Source: Octopus bimaculoides (taxonomy: Eukaryota). Taken from it: a stretch of DNA of 64,000 bases. The position numbers and the translations under genes were made by a program. The stretch covers positions 28,003,019 through 28,067,018 of the forward strand of contig NC_068987.1 of NCBI RefSeq assembly GCF_001194135.2. The letters are read 5' to 3'. This document shows, in pieces, positions 25,970 to 38,078 of this stretch. How positions within the stretch are numbered: position 1 is the stretch's first letter; every line of letters begins with the position of its first letter. A model generated the notes under the pieces. It searched no databases and had not been told where the DNA came from. It saw only the letters and a list, made by a program, of their open reading frames with translations.

Positions 25970-28554
25970 CATCATCATCATTGTTTAATGTCCACTTTCC
26001 ATGCTGGCATGGGTTCGATGGTGTGACTGAGGACTGGCAAGCCAAGAGGCTGCACCAGGCTCCAGTATAATCTGACAAGGTTTGTGCAGCTGAATGCCCT
26101 TCCTAGAGTGTAGTGGGTGCTTTTTATGTGCTACCAGTTCAGGTGCCAGTCAGGCAACATTTTTACCAATCACACTTGAATGAGCTTTCTACATACCCCT
26201 GGCATGGGTGCCAGTCAAGCAGCACTGGCATTGGTGATGCTTGAATGGTGCTTTCCACGTGCCACCAGCACAGGAGCCAGTCAGGTGACACTGGCAATGG
26301 CCATGCTCGACTGGTGCTTTTTACATGCCACCAGCATGGGTGCCAGTCAGGGGCCACTGGCATTGGCCATAACTATGATTTCACTTGGCTCAACAGGTCT
26401 TCTCAAGCACAACATATTGTATGACGATTGAAGGGGTACTTTTAAACGGGCCAATTATGTAATACTGACATCAGCCACAGCTATGATCTCACTTGGCTTG
26501 CTGGGTCTTCTGAAGCACAGCATATCTCCCAAGGTCTCAGATGCTTGTCATTGTCTCTTTGAGGCCCAACATTCAAAGGTCATGCTTCACCATCTCATCC
26601 CATGTCTTCCTGGGTCTACCTCTTCCACAGGTTCTCTCCACTGTTAGGGTGCAACAATTCTTCACACTGCTGTCCTCATCCATACGCAACACATGCCAAT
26701 ACCAGCACAGTCATCTCTCTTGCACACCACATCTGATGCTTCTTCTTATGTCCAACTTTTCTCTCACGGCGCTTACTCTCTGTTGTGTATGCACACTGAC
26801 ATTAAACATCCAGCAGAGTGTCTTAGCTGCATTTCTTTCAAGTCTACACATGTCACAGCCCATGTTTCACTGCTGTGCAGCACTGCTGTTTGCACACAGG
26901 CATCATACAGTCTACCTTTCCCTCTGAGCAATCTTGCCCGAACTATTATTATTCTAGTAGCTACACTCTCAGAGCATCCACCCTGCCACTGACTTGGTCA
27001 CCTAGATAACGGAAGCTATCAACTACTTCTAAGTTTTCCCCCTGGCATGTGATGGAATCTATTTTCTATACATCTTTGGTGTTTAATGCCCCTGTGCGTC
27101 TGCCCAACTCAAAAATTATCTTCCCAGTTAACCTTCCTTTGATATTGCTGCACCTCTTATGTGTCTATAGCTTACAATGGGTACAGCTTATGGAGTTTCT
27201 ATCTGTGCTTTTTCTACAGATCGAGCAGGGCCATCTACCTGAAAGGATTTGTGATTTGTCTGCCTTCCTACTTATTAAGACTTTAGTCTTTGCTAGATTG
27301 ACTCTAAGGCGCTCCGATCCAAGACCTTACTTCCACATGTGAAACTTCTTCTCTATTTCTAGTATTGACTCAGCTATTAGAACAAGGTCATCAGCGTAGA
27401 GGAGCTCCCAGGGGCAGCCTGTCTTGAATTCCTCTGTTATTGCCAGGAGAACTATGATGAATAAGAGGGGGCTGAAGACTGAGCTTTGTTGAACCCCTAC
27501 TTCTACCTGGAATTCTTCACAATACTCTTTGCCAACCCTCACCTTACTGACAGCATCCCTGTACATGGCTTGTAGAGTCCTCATCAACCACTCATCTGTA
27601 CCTAGTTACTGCATTGACCACCAGATAATGGATCAGGGAACTCTGTGAAAGGCTTTCTCCAAGTCAATGAAAGCCAAGTACTGAAATTTATCTTTGGCTA
27701 GGAATTTTCCTGCAGCTGTCTTACCAGAAATATAGCATGTGGTGCTTCTCCCTGGCACAAACGCAAACTGCATCTTGTCTAATTTAATTCTCTCCCTAAT
27801 TAATTGGGCTATGACCTTCTCTGTGACTTTCATCACCTGATCTAACAATTTGATACCTCTGTAATTATTCCTATCTAATGCATCACTTTCACTTTTTTAG
27901 CAGTTGACGATGGCACTGTTACACAAATAATTGGGTATGACTCTTTTATGCATTACATGGTTGATTATATGGGTGACTAGACTATAGCCTACACAGCCAG
28001 ATATTTTAAGCATCTCAGCAAGGATTCCTGATGGACCTGGGGTTTTCCCTGTCTTCATACTCTCAATTGCTTTATCTGCCATGGTACTGTCAATTCAAAG
28101 AGCTGATCCCTCTGTTGGGTCGACATTTGGCAGACGCTTTTTCTCTCATTCATTCTCTTCATTTAGCAACATTTCATAGTCTCTCTTTGCAGACTCATTA
28201 AATGCAAGTGGGCCATCATCTATGCGGACACATTTCTTTCCTATGACATCACAATTTTCTCTTACACACCATCTCGCAATTTGAAATACTTTGAGTCTCT
28301 GGTCCTCATGACACAGAACATTGGCAAATGTTTTTCTTATCTGCTTCTCCTCTGGCTAAGTAAACCTGTCTCCTAGTTTCCTTTCTGGCAATTTGATACT
28401 GTTCCCTGCTACCACCATACTTCCAGTCCTGCATGCCTGCTTCTTTTCCTTAATGGCCTTGTCAACTACATTGTTCCACTACCACATTACCTTAGGTCAA
28501 GAGGGGACTTTGCACCAGCCACACATCTGGTCAGTATTTCTTTTATTTTTATTC
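25970..28554 (-). mobile_element. Decayed RTE-clade LINE (ORF2 reverse-transcriptase region, 3' UTR, (ATG)n tail); 5' part lost in gap
   Basis: Frameshifted RT motifs FAFVPGRST, LAFIDLEKAFHRVP, VGVQQSSVFSPLLFIIV, ELLYADDLVLIAES; C-terminal GRPRKTWDEMVKHDL near 26570-26620; tail reads catcatcatca on the + strand at 25970. Confidence 0.92.
26115..26380. repeat. ~66-bp tandem subrepeat (about 4 units) in the RTE 3' UTR
   Basis: gccagtca recurs at 26145, 26210, 26276, 26342. Confidence 0.85.
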
Positions 28555-28954
28555 NNNNNNNNNNNNNNNNNNNNNNNNNNNNNNNNNNNNNNNNNNNNNN
28601 NNNNNNNNNNNNNNNNNNNNNNNNNNNNNNNNNNNNNNNNNNNNNNNNNNNNNNNNNNNNNNNNNNNNNNNNNNNNNNNNNNNNNNNNNNNNNNNNNNNN
28701 NNNNNNNNNNNNNNNNNNNNNNNNNNNNNNNNNNNNNNNNNNNNNNNNNNNNNNNNNNNNNNNNNNNNNNNNNNNNNNNNNNNNNNNNNNNNNNNNNNNN
28801 NNNNNNNNNNNNNNNNNNNNNNNNNNNNNNNNNNNNNNNNNNTATATATATAGTTCAAAAGAGGAAAAAGACAATGAGACAACCAAAAAAAACAACAACG
28901 TGAGGACTTGATGCAGATTGTGTTACTGGACGCTCGGGAAAGGAAAGAAAGAGA

Positions 28955-28989
28955 ATTTGACGTTTCGAGCGGAGCTCTTCGTCGGAAAC
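28955..28989 (-). ncRNA. Minimal type-I hammerhead-like motif in a CpG-rich repeat (~28850-29045)
   Basis: Minus strand: GTTT-CCGACGA-A-GAGC-tcc-GCTC-GAAAC-GTC-AAAT; palindromic ACGT helix III, GUC triplet, U4C in the core. Confidence 0.55.
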
Positions 28990-30140
28990 AAAGGAAAGTC
29001 GAAACAAGGGAAAGACGGAGGAAGAAAAAAATCACGAACGATAGGTGCATATCTATCTACCTACATGCAGACACATGTGCATATGTCTTTTGTTGATATA
29101 GATTAGCAAAGGATATGAATACTCCCTCCACACTCACACACACACACATTAACAAAAATAATTGATAATCAGTGCTTCTCATGCGAAGTTTCTGGCAATA
29201 TTTGTTGAAACATTTGTGTTACAGACACAACACTGTTACTTTTCCTATCCATTCCAGTTTATTGAAATGCCTTAAGACTATAGTTTCTTGTCTTTAATTT
29301 CAGAATTCCAGTTCTACCACATTGAGTTTTGATATCTCTTGCATTGGTCGATTCATCTAATTGTAGTGCTCCCTTACAAAATGTTCCCTTGAGCCTAATC
29401 CAAAGAAGTCATTATTGATATTGTAATAGAAGCACTTTATGTGACATTGATTCTAATATTATTCTCGAATAATACCATTTGGTGTCTGTTAAATTCATCT
29501 TATATAACTTGTAATAATACTACTGTTATGATTTTGTAACTTCTACTTGCTAATTATTTTGTTGCTGTTGTTGTTACTTTTTTGTTGTCATCGTTGTTCG
29601 GACTGTATAGGATGAGACCACCTAAAAGTCAAAAACACAACCAATTGATTCGAAAAAGATTTTGTTTAAGAGTAAGATAAATGGTAGTGTATCTCTGAGA
29701 GAGGAAAGAAATATAAAGATAAGGTGAATGACATTGTTAATGATAAACACATACACACACACACACACACTCACATTGGCAAATGTCTTTTACTGTAACC
29801 TCGCTCCAACCCAAACTTTGTCAGCGAATTTCGGAAATGGAAACAAGAAGAAGTCTATATGTATGTGTGTCTATATATGCACATATATATGTGTATATGT
29901 ATACATACATACATGCATTCATACAAATATACATACATGTATATATATCATCGGTATATCATAAATCTGAAAGAGACGAGTGTTATAGAGTGGGAGAGTA
30001 CTAGCCGCTGGACATTAGAATCTGAAGAAACACTGCAAAGCTAAGCGCTTAATGAACATGAAACCTGAGGAAACCCCCATACATCCACCATAACTACATA
30101 TATATATATGTATATAAATATATATATATGTATGTACATA

Positions 30141-30366
30141 CAGTTCTATATTTAAGAGATGAGGAATTATGTACATTATTTACAATTGACGGCTGATATA
30201 CCCTCCAGCATTCATCAGGTGTCTTGGGGAAATTTTGAACCTGGGTTATTGTTATTATTATTATTATTATTATTACTATTATTATTCCAGTCAATGCCTG
30301 GAATCGAACTCAGAATCTTGGGGTTAGTAGCCTGCACTCTTAACCACTACACCATATGCCCATGGG
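30141..30366 (-). mobile_element. SINE family D (tRNA head plus hammerhead-like body), internally deleted
   Basis: Head TGGTGTAGTGG...GAGTTCGATTCC; GACAC-CTGATGA-ATGCTG...CAGCC retained; GAAAC segment deleted at ccg microhomology. Confidence 0.85.
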
Positions 30367-30373
30367 CAATTAT

Positions 30374-30420
<47 letters not shown>

Positions 30421-30733
30421 CATACATACATACATACATACATACATACATANNNNNNNNNNNNNNNNNNNNNNNNNNNNNNNNNNNNNNNNNNNNNNNN
30501 NNNNNNNNNNNNNNNNNNNNNNNNNNNNNNNNNNNNNNNNNNNNNNNNNNNNNNNNNNNNNNNNNNNNNNNNNNNNNNNNNNNNNNNNNNNNNNNNNNNN
30601 NNNNNNNNNNNNNNNNNNNNNNNNNNNNNNNNNNNNNNNNNNNNNNNNNNNNNNNNNNNNNNNNNNNNNNNNNNNNNNNNNNNNNNNNNNNNNNNNNNNN
30701 NNNNNNNNNNNNNNNNNNNNTATATATATAAAA

Positions 30734-30954
30734 GAGAGGGTACTGAAAAGTTCCTGCCTTTGGGTAAAAGAAAATACAGGAGTAAAAGAAAATCAGTTCT
30801 GATTTTATTCAACATATTCCCCTCTCATATTCACACACTTATTGCAATGCTCCTTCAGCTTTTCTATGTCCTATAAAATTGCTTAGAGGATGGGCCTCCA
30901 GCCAGGCCTTTTGTACTACCCTTAAAACCAAGGACTGTTCAGTACCTCATTGTA
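30734..30954. mobile_element. Mariner-type MITE family M
   Basis: gagggtactgaaaagttcctgcc ... aaccaaggactgttcagtacctcattgta; internal match to 24772-25170 without the insertion. Confidence 0.8.
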
Positions 30955-32500
30955 TATATATAGTATCCATTGTATCTATAGATGTACATCTTATATATGA
31001 TGGACTTCCAATCAGTCTTTTGTCTACCAAATTCCCTTCATAAGCAATTGGTCAATTTAGAATTGCAAAGCCTCAAAGAGTGCTTCTTAACCACACTGCC
31101 ACACCTGTCCCCATAAGTTTGAATGAAGTCATAGATGGTAGTTACAGACTGTAATACCTTACAGGAAGAACAGGTTATTTCATATCATCTTTAACAGTAT
31201 CGTATATAGTCCAGACATTTCTTCACAGTATCATTTCATTAGAATGAACTTTAATCATTAATGGTACTGATTTCATTGTCAGTTGGCTATGCATAGTACA
31301 AAGTTATTTTGCATTCCTTCTTGCCAAAACTAAACAGAAAAACTAAATAAAATAAATATGTTTCATATCTTCAGAAGTTATAAAGAGAGGGGAAAAAAAA
31401 AAAAGGAAGTGAAAATACTCAATATTTTTCTCCTATGACATAGTCATATCTAAAAGAACATTTTAAGTCAGAAGAAATTTTTCATACATGTAATGAAAAA
31501 TGCATTCAGCCATATATGCATTTGAAGCTTTGGTGATTCTATGCAATAATGTTATAAGAAATCATAATGTGAAAAAAAAGAAAAGAAATTTTCTTTATTT
31601 TTGCANNNNNNNNNNNNNNNNNNNNNNNNNNNNNNNNNNNNNNNNNNNNNNNNNNNNNNNNNNNNNNNNNNNNNNNNNNNNNNNNNNNNNNNNNNNNNNN
31701 NNNNNNNNNNNNNNNNNNNNNNNNNNNNNNNNNNNNNNNNNNNNNNNNNNNNNNNNNNNNNNNNNNNNNNNNNNNNNNNNNNNNNNNNNNNNNNNNNNNN
31801 NNNNNNNNNNNNNNNNNNNNNNNNNNNNNNNNNNNNNNNNNNNNNNNNNNNNNNNNNNNNNNNNNNNNNNNNNNNNNNNNNNNNNNNNNNNNNNNNNNNN
31901 NNNNNNNNNNNNNNNNNNNNNNNNNNNNNNNNNNNNNNNNNNNNNNNNNNNNNNNNNNNNNNNNNNNNNNNNNNNNNNNNNNNNNNNNNNNNNNNNNNNN
32001 NNNNNNNNNNNNNNNNNNNNNNNNNNNNNNNNNNNNNNNNNNNNNNNNNNNNNNNNNNNNNNNNNNNNNNNNNNNNNNNNNNNNNNNNNNNNNNNNNNNN
32101 NNNNNNNNNNNNNNNNNNNNNNNNNNNNNNNNNNNNNNNNNNNNNNNNNNNNNNNNNNNNNNNNNNNNNNNNNNNNNNNNNNNNNNNNNNNNNNNNNNNN
32201 NNNNNNNNNNNNNNNNNNNNNNNNNNNNNNNNNNNNNNNNNNNNNNNNNNNNNNNNNNNNNNNNNNNNNNNNNNNNNNNNNNNNNNNNNNNNNNNNNNNN
32301 NNNNNNNNNNNNNNNNNNNNNNNNNNNNNNNNNNNNNNNNNNNNNNNNNNNNNNNNNNNNNNNNNNNNNNNNNNNNNNNNNNNNNNNNNNNNNNNNNNNN
32401 NNNNNNNNNNNNNNNNNNNNNNNNNNNNNNNNNNNNNNNNNNNNNNNNNNNNNNNNNNNNNNNNNNNNNNNNNNNNNNNNNNNNNNNNNNNNNNNNNNNN

Positions 32501-32551
<51 letters not shown>

Positions 32552-33653
32552 TGTATTTATATATATATACATATATCATAATACACACATGCACACACAT
32601 ACACACACAGACACACACAGACACACTTTTGAACAATGCTTTTTTTCATTAACAGACATACATACTTACATAACATTTTAGCATATTTGAATTATACTTT
32701 AAATGTTATCAATAATGTGCTTCAGTGCAAAGTATTGACTGCAATGATAGATGTAACGTGACAGTATATGAAACACTACAGTCTTTTCTCTGTTCAGCAT
32801 CTATTTGTCGACATTAACATGTATTGTTTAAGGAATAATTGGAGACAGGATTTTATGGCTAGCCAGATACTCATTCTGATGCCATGCCTTATTTTTTTGT
32901 TTTCGTAGAAGGAATTGTTTTTGTAATATGTTTTCTAAAACATACAGTGACTGGTTGTGATATCATAAAGGGATGTAAACATTATATCACCATTTTGCTG
33001 AATCAGTCACAAGCAACAGTATAGTAGGACATCAGTACCTGCACATGTACTCACATATATACATATGCACATGCATCATATGCATGGATATATANNNNNN
33101 NNNNNNNNNNNNNNNNNNNNNNNNNNNNNNNNNNNNNNNNNNNNNNNNNNNNNNNNNNNNNNNNNNNNNNNNNNNNNNNNNNNNNNNNNNNNNNNNNNNN
33201 NNNNNNNNNNNNNNNNNNNNNNNNNNNNNNNNNNNNNNNNNNNNNNNNNNNNNNNNNNNNNNNNNNNNNNNNNNNNNNNNNNNNNNNNNNNNNNNNNNNN
33301 NNNNNNNNNNNNNNNNNNNNNNNNNNNNNNNNNNNNNNNNNNNNNNNNNNNNNNNNNNNNNNNNNNNNNNNNNNNNNNNNNNNNNNNNNNNNNNNNNNNN
33401 NNNNNNNNNNNNNNNNNNNNNNNNNNNNNNNNNNNNNNNNNNNNNNNNNNNNNNNNNNNNNNNNNNNNNNNNNNNNNNNNNNNNNNNNNNNNNNNNNNNN
33501 NNNNNNNNNNNNNNNNNNNNNNNNNNNNNNNNNNNNNNNNNNNNNNNNNNNNNNNNNNNNNNNNNNNNNNNNNNNNNNNNNNNNNNNNNNNNNNNNNNNN
33601 NNNNNNNNNNNNNNNNNNNNNNNNNNNNNNNNNNNNNNNNNNNNNNNNNNNNN

Positions 33654-33771
33654 CCGATAGAATAAGTACTGGGCTTACAAAGAATAAGTCCTGGGGTCGA
33701 TTTGCTTGACTAAAGGCGGTTCTCCAGCATGGCCGCAGTCAAATGACTGAAACAAATAAAAGAGTAAAAGA

Positions 33772-33774
<3 letters not shown>
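33654..33774 (+). mobile_element. SINE family A, 3' tail (5' part in gap)
   Basis: gatagaataagtactgggcttacaaagaataagtcctggggtcg...aaagagtaaaagagta. Confidence 0.85.
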
Positions 33775-33808
<34 letters not shown>

Positions 33809-33904
33809 TGTGCATACAAGTGTTTGTTTGCATGTGAGGGTATATATATGTGTGTGTGTGTGTGTGTGGATAGATTGATAGATAGATACATAAATATGTA
33901 TGTA

Positions 33905-34111
33905 TTTTTATTCTTTTACTTGTTTCAGTCATTTGGCTGTGGCCATGCTGGAGCACTGCCTTTAGTTGAACAAATTGAGCCCCAGGACTTATTCTTTGTA
34001 ACCCTTAGTACTTATTCTATTGGTCTCTTTTGTGAACCACTAAGTTACAGGTACAGATACCAACATCGGTTGTCGAGCGATGGTGGGGGTGGGACAAACA
34101 CAGACACACAA

Positions 34112-34210
<99 letters not shown>

Positions 34211-34372
34211 ACGTGCTTCTTTCAGTCTCTGTCAACCAAATACTCTCACAAGGCTTTAGTCAGCCTGAGGCTATAGGAAAAGACAGTTGCCCAAGGTGCC
34301 ACGCACTGAGACTGAACCCGGAACCATGTGGTTGGGAAGCAAGCTTCTTGCCACATAGCCACACCTGCACCT
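33905..34372 (-). mobile_element. SINE family A, full length with long (CA)n
   Basis: Tail, (CA)n and head present. Confidence 0.88.
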
Positions 34373-34843
34373 ATACAGCTTACAAAATGGCAAAAGTGTT
34401 GCCCCGGAAAATATCAGGGTCAATGCATCTGAGCAGCCACTGTGACTCACAGTGCTCACACCTGCAGTTAGCCAATAGCAGTGGGCAAAGATATGGTTTT
34501 GAAGCTGAGAATTCCTAAGGTTTTCCTTGCCTCAAGTTCAACCATAAGCCAGTCACAGAGCAACCAATACTTTGACAGTTATGCAGGAATGTGCAGTTTC
34601 AACATAAACACTGATATAATCTAATCAAGAAATACTTCATTATGCTTTAACCTTGCCCGAGCAAACATATGACCAAAAGTAATTATGGTCACGTCCATTT
34701 TGTCTAGTTCTATCCAATGCATTCTTTGCGTCTTTATCTTAGAGAGTATGAGTGAGGGAAATTTTGCTGCTGCTATTTCTAATTTGTTGAGCAGTCAGAT
34801 TGAGGCACCCTCATTGTTTTTGGAGATGGCTATCTAGAAATGC

Positions 34844-35225
34844 GTGGAGGCACAATGGCCCAGTGGTTAGGGCAGCGGACTCGTGGTTATAGGATTGCGG
34901 TTTCGATTCCCAGACCGGCGTTGTGAGTGTTTATTGAGCGAAAACACCTAAAGCTCCACGAGGCTCCGGCAGGGGATGGTGGTGAACCCTGCTGTACTCT
35001 TTCACCACAACTTTCTCTCACTCTTCCTTCCTGGTTCTGTTGTACTTGTATTTCAAAGGGCCAGCCTTGTCATACTGTGTTACGCTGAATATCCCCGAGA
35101 ACTACGTTAAGGGTACACGTGTCTGTGGAGTGCTCAGCCACTTGCACGTTAATTTCACGAGTAGGCTGTTCCATTGATCGGATCAACTGGAACCCTTGAC
35201 GTCGTAAGTGACGGAGTCCCAACAA
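34844..35225 (+). mobile_element. tRNA-headed SINE (family C-related), CpG-rich and probably young
   Basis: A-box TGGCCCAGTGG, B-box GGTTTCGATTCC; 3' half matches the reverse complement of 56595-56760. Confidence 0.85.
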
Positions 35226-36120
35226 TCAAGAAATGCAAGCCCCATGAGTCGCAATGGTTGCTCAAGTACATCTCCCTCACCATCTGTCAGGCCAGTGCCT
35301 TTTCCATTTTGTCTGTTTCCATTTGGAACCAAAAGACAGTTAAGCCAATTGACTAACTATAAAGAAATGATACTGAACTAGTGCATATGACATTATAGTG
35401 TGCATTTTCACATTTTCTGTAACCCTCTACTATTTTCTATTTAACCATAATGTCCTTTGTCACTACCACTTTGATTATCATTACAGCAACGACAACTGTT
35501 GATACTTGTGATTGTATAAGATAAAGGCAATCCTTGTATCCAACTTAACTTGCGATTAAATATGATAAAAACAATCTTTATATTCAACTTAACATTTGAT
35601 TGTATATACTAACAAGACAATTGTATCAGTTGTATGAAATTAATAAAAGAACTGGGACCAGCTAAGTAACAGAATGCGGGACTAAATTATTTATATTATA
35701 TTAATTTCATTTCTCTGTGCTCCGATTTCAGTTTCTGTGAAGGACAACCTAGATGTTTATCAGTTTCAGATCAGTCAAATAAGGACCAAGAGTATATAGA
35801 TTTTCATTGAATCAACTATACTCTCTCTTACGAGTGTTTCACCTTGTTCCTATGAAAGAAATCAATAATATTAAATTAGTAAACTACTCAGGGAAATGAA
35901 TGGATATCACTGTCATTGTTAGGAATATAAAGATATTGGTTGTCTCACTTTTCAATTACAGACCAGGATATAAATGTCATTAGACTATTGGGAAAACTCC
36001 TCAAAATCTTATAAGCCAGATGTATCTAAAGTCTATGTGTGTTTGTCACTGTATATGTGGATATTTTTATGTATGCATACACATATACATGTATATGTAT
36101 GTATATATATGTATATAAAG

Positions 36121-36173
<53 letters not shown>

Positions 36174-36292
36174 NNNNNNNNNNNNNNNNNNNNNNNNNNN
36201 NNNNNNNNNNNNNNNNNNNNNNNNNNNNNNNNNNNNNNNNNNNNNNNNNNNNNNNNNNNNNNNNNNNNNNNNNNNNNNNNNNNNNNNNNNNN

Positions 36293-36336
<44 letters not shown>

Positions 36337-36739
36337 GACACATATATACACATATACGTCCATATATATGATAGAGAGAGAGTAAGAGGGAGAGAGAAAG
36401 GGAAGAAGTGAGATGTATTTAGGGAGAAAGATTCATAGATATATATGTGTGCACGTGCATATATAAGTAGAGGAATATTAGAAATAGTGAAATACAAGAC
36501 TAAATATTGCAGAGTAATTAGTTTTAGCTTTCTGCATTGTAAGTTATAAAGATAGATAGATAGATGGATAGATATACACACAAGCTGGCCCAAAAGTTGC
36601 ATTACTATTGAAGAAATTCAAAACGATTTTGCTAACAGTTATATTTTTTCTTTTGTTTCAGATATTAAAACATGGACCATTGGAAATTTGTTGTGGAGAA
36701 ATATACCAAGGCCCAGTAAGCTAAAACTATAGAATTTTG

Positions 36740-37010
36740 CAGTTCTATATTTAAGAGCTGAGGAATTATGTACATTATCTACATTATTTACAAGTGACAG
36801 ATATGGTGTAGTGGTTAAGAGCATGCGCTACTATCCCCAGGATTCCGAGTTCGATTCCAGGCAGTGGACCTGAATAATAATAACAACATCGAAAAATACC
36901 TTAGGAATGAGAACCCAGGTTTGAAAATTTCCCTAAGACACCTGATGAAGGCTGGAAGGTATATCAGCCGAAACTTTGTGTTAACAACAAGCCAGATGAG
37001 GACAAATATC
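36740..37010 (+). mobile_element. SINE family D with inverted 3' tail
   Basis: Head and body 36801-37010 on +; tail 36740-36804 reverse-complemented upstream (compare 30141-30190). Confidence 0.85.
36937..36982 (+). ncRNA. Minimal type-I hammerhead-like motif inside SINE D
   Basis: GACAC-CTGATGA-A-GGCTG-gaaggtatat-CAGCC-GAAAC-TTT-GTGTT; helix I 5 bp, helix II 5 bp, conserved core nucleotides present; helix III position 16.2 mismatched in this copy. Confidence 0.65.
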
Positions 37011-37017
37011 TTTCATA

Positions 37018-37426
37018 GGCATAGGAGTGGCTGTGTGGTTAGTAGCTTGCTTACGAATCACATGGTTCCGGGTTCAGTCCCACTGCGTGGCACCTTGGGC
37101 AAGTGTCTTCTATAGCCTCGGGCCGACCAAAGCCTTGTGAGTGGATTTGGTAGATGGAAACTGAAAGAAACCCGTCATTTATATGCATATATGTATGTAT
37201 GTGTGTGTATAAGTTTGAGTGTCTGTGTTTGTCCCCCCCAACATCGCTTGACAAACGATGCTGGTGTGTTTACATCCACGTAACTTAGCGGTTCGGCATA
37301 ACAGACCAATAGAATAAGTATTAGGCTTACAAAGAATAAGTCCTGGGGTCGATTTGCTCGACTAAAGGCGGTGCTCCAGCATGGCCACAGTTAAATGACT
37401 CAAACAAGTAAAAGAGTAAAAGAGTA
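37018..37426 (+). mobile_element. SINE family A, full-length reference copy (~410 bp)
   Basis: A-box-like TGGCTGTGTGG, B-box-like GGTTCAGTCC, internal TA/TG tract, tail aaacaagtaaaagagtaaaagagta; may correspond to the described octopus OK-type SINE (not verified). Confidence 0.9.
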
Positions 37427-37584
37427 TTTGTAAATAATATAAACAATGTATAGAATTTTGGTTTGAAAATGAACAATTCATAATGCACAGACAAAGAGCA
37501 TACATCACCATTACAAAGTAATGAACCTCCCACTAAATCATGAATTATTCATCTAATTCAGTGATATAATATAAATGTGCTGAA

Positions 37585-37865
37585 AGAAAAACTGGGCATA
37601 AGAGGATTCATATGTAGTGTGCAAGAAAGAAAATTGTGCTGTTATGGACATGTGATGCATACGGGAAGACAACTGTATAAAGTAGTTCTGATCCTTTAAA
37701 GTGGGTGGAGTTTGTGAAAGACAGAGACCAAGGAAAACATGAAATGAAGGAATGACGACTGATCTTAGGACTTAGAATTTCATGGAGACGACAAAGAATT
37801 GAGATGTCTGTTGATATGTGGTGTGGAACAAAACCAACCCAAGTCAGTGAAACTAAGTCTGGAAG
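37585..37865 (+). mobile_element. Decayed RTE LINE 3' fragment
   Basis: Translates in part VQERKLCCYGHVMH, like the RTE C-terminus (QERRLRWYGHV); resembles the reverse complement of 26500-26750. Confidence 0.6.
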
Positions 37866-37866
37866 C

Positions 37867-37899
<33 letters not shown>

Positions 37900-38078
37900 A
37901 TGTGTGTGTGCATGTCTCTATGTGTGTAATATGAAGAGTTTAGTTCACTGATGATCTAAATGAATAGGTTACATTGCGTAAGTGCTATAAATGATCATCC
38001 GTTAGATTCTACATTCACAGCTGAGGCTGGAGCTAGGGATCTGTAGTGGGCTCCCAAGTTATCAGGTATATATTAAAG

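Noticed and set aside
30021-30070. CTGAAGA...GAAAC motif
   Set aside because: No plausible helix I or II pairing
31355-31375. Minus-strand CTGAAGA-TAT-GAAAC
   Set aside because: Only 3 nt between the core halves; treated as chance
34844-37090. tRNA genes at SINE heads (34844, 36801, 37018 and others)
   Set aside because: A and B boxes are present but no complete cloverleaf; each is followed by a shared SINE body
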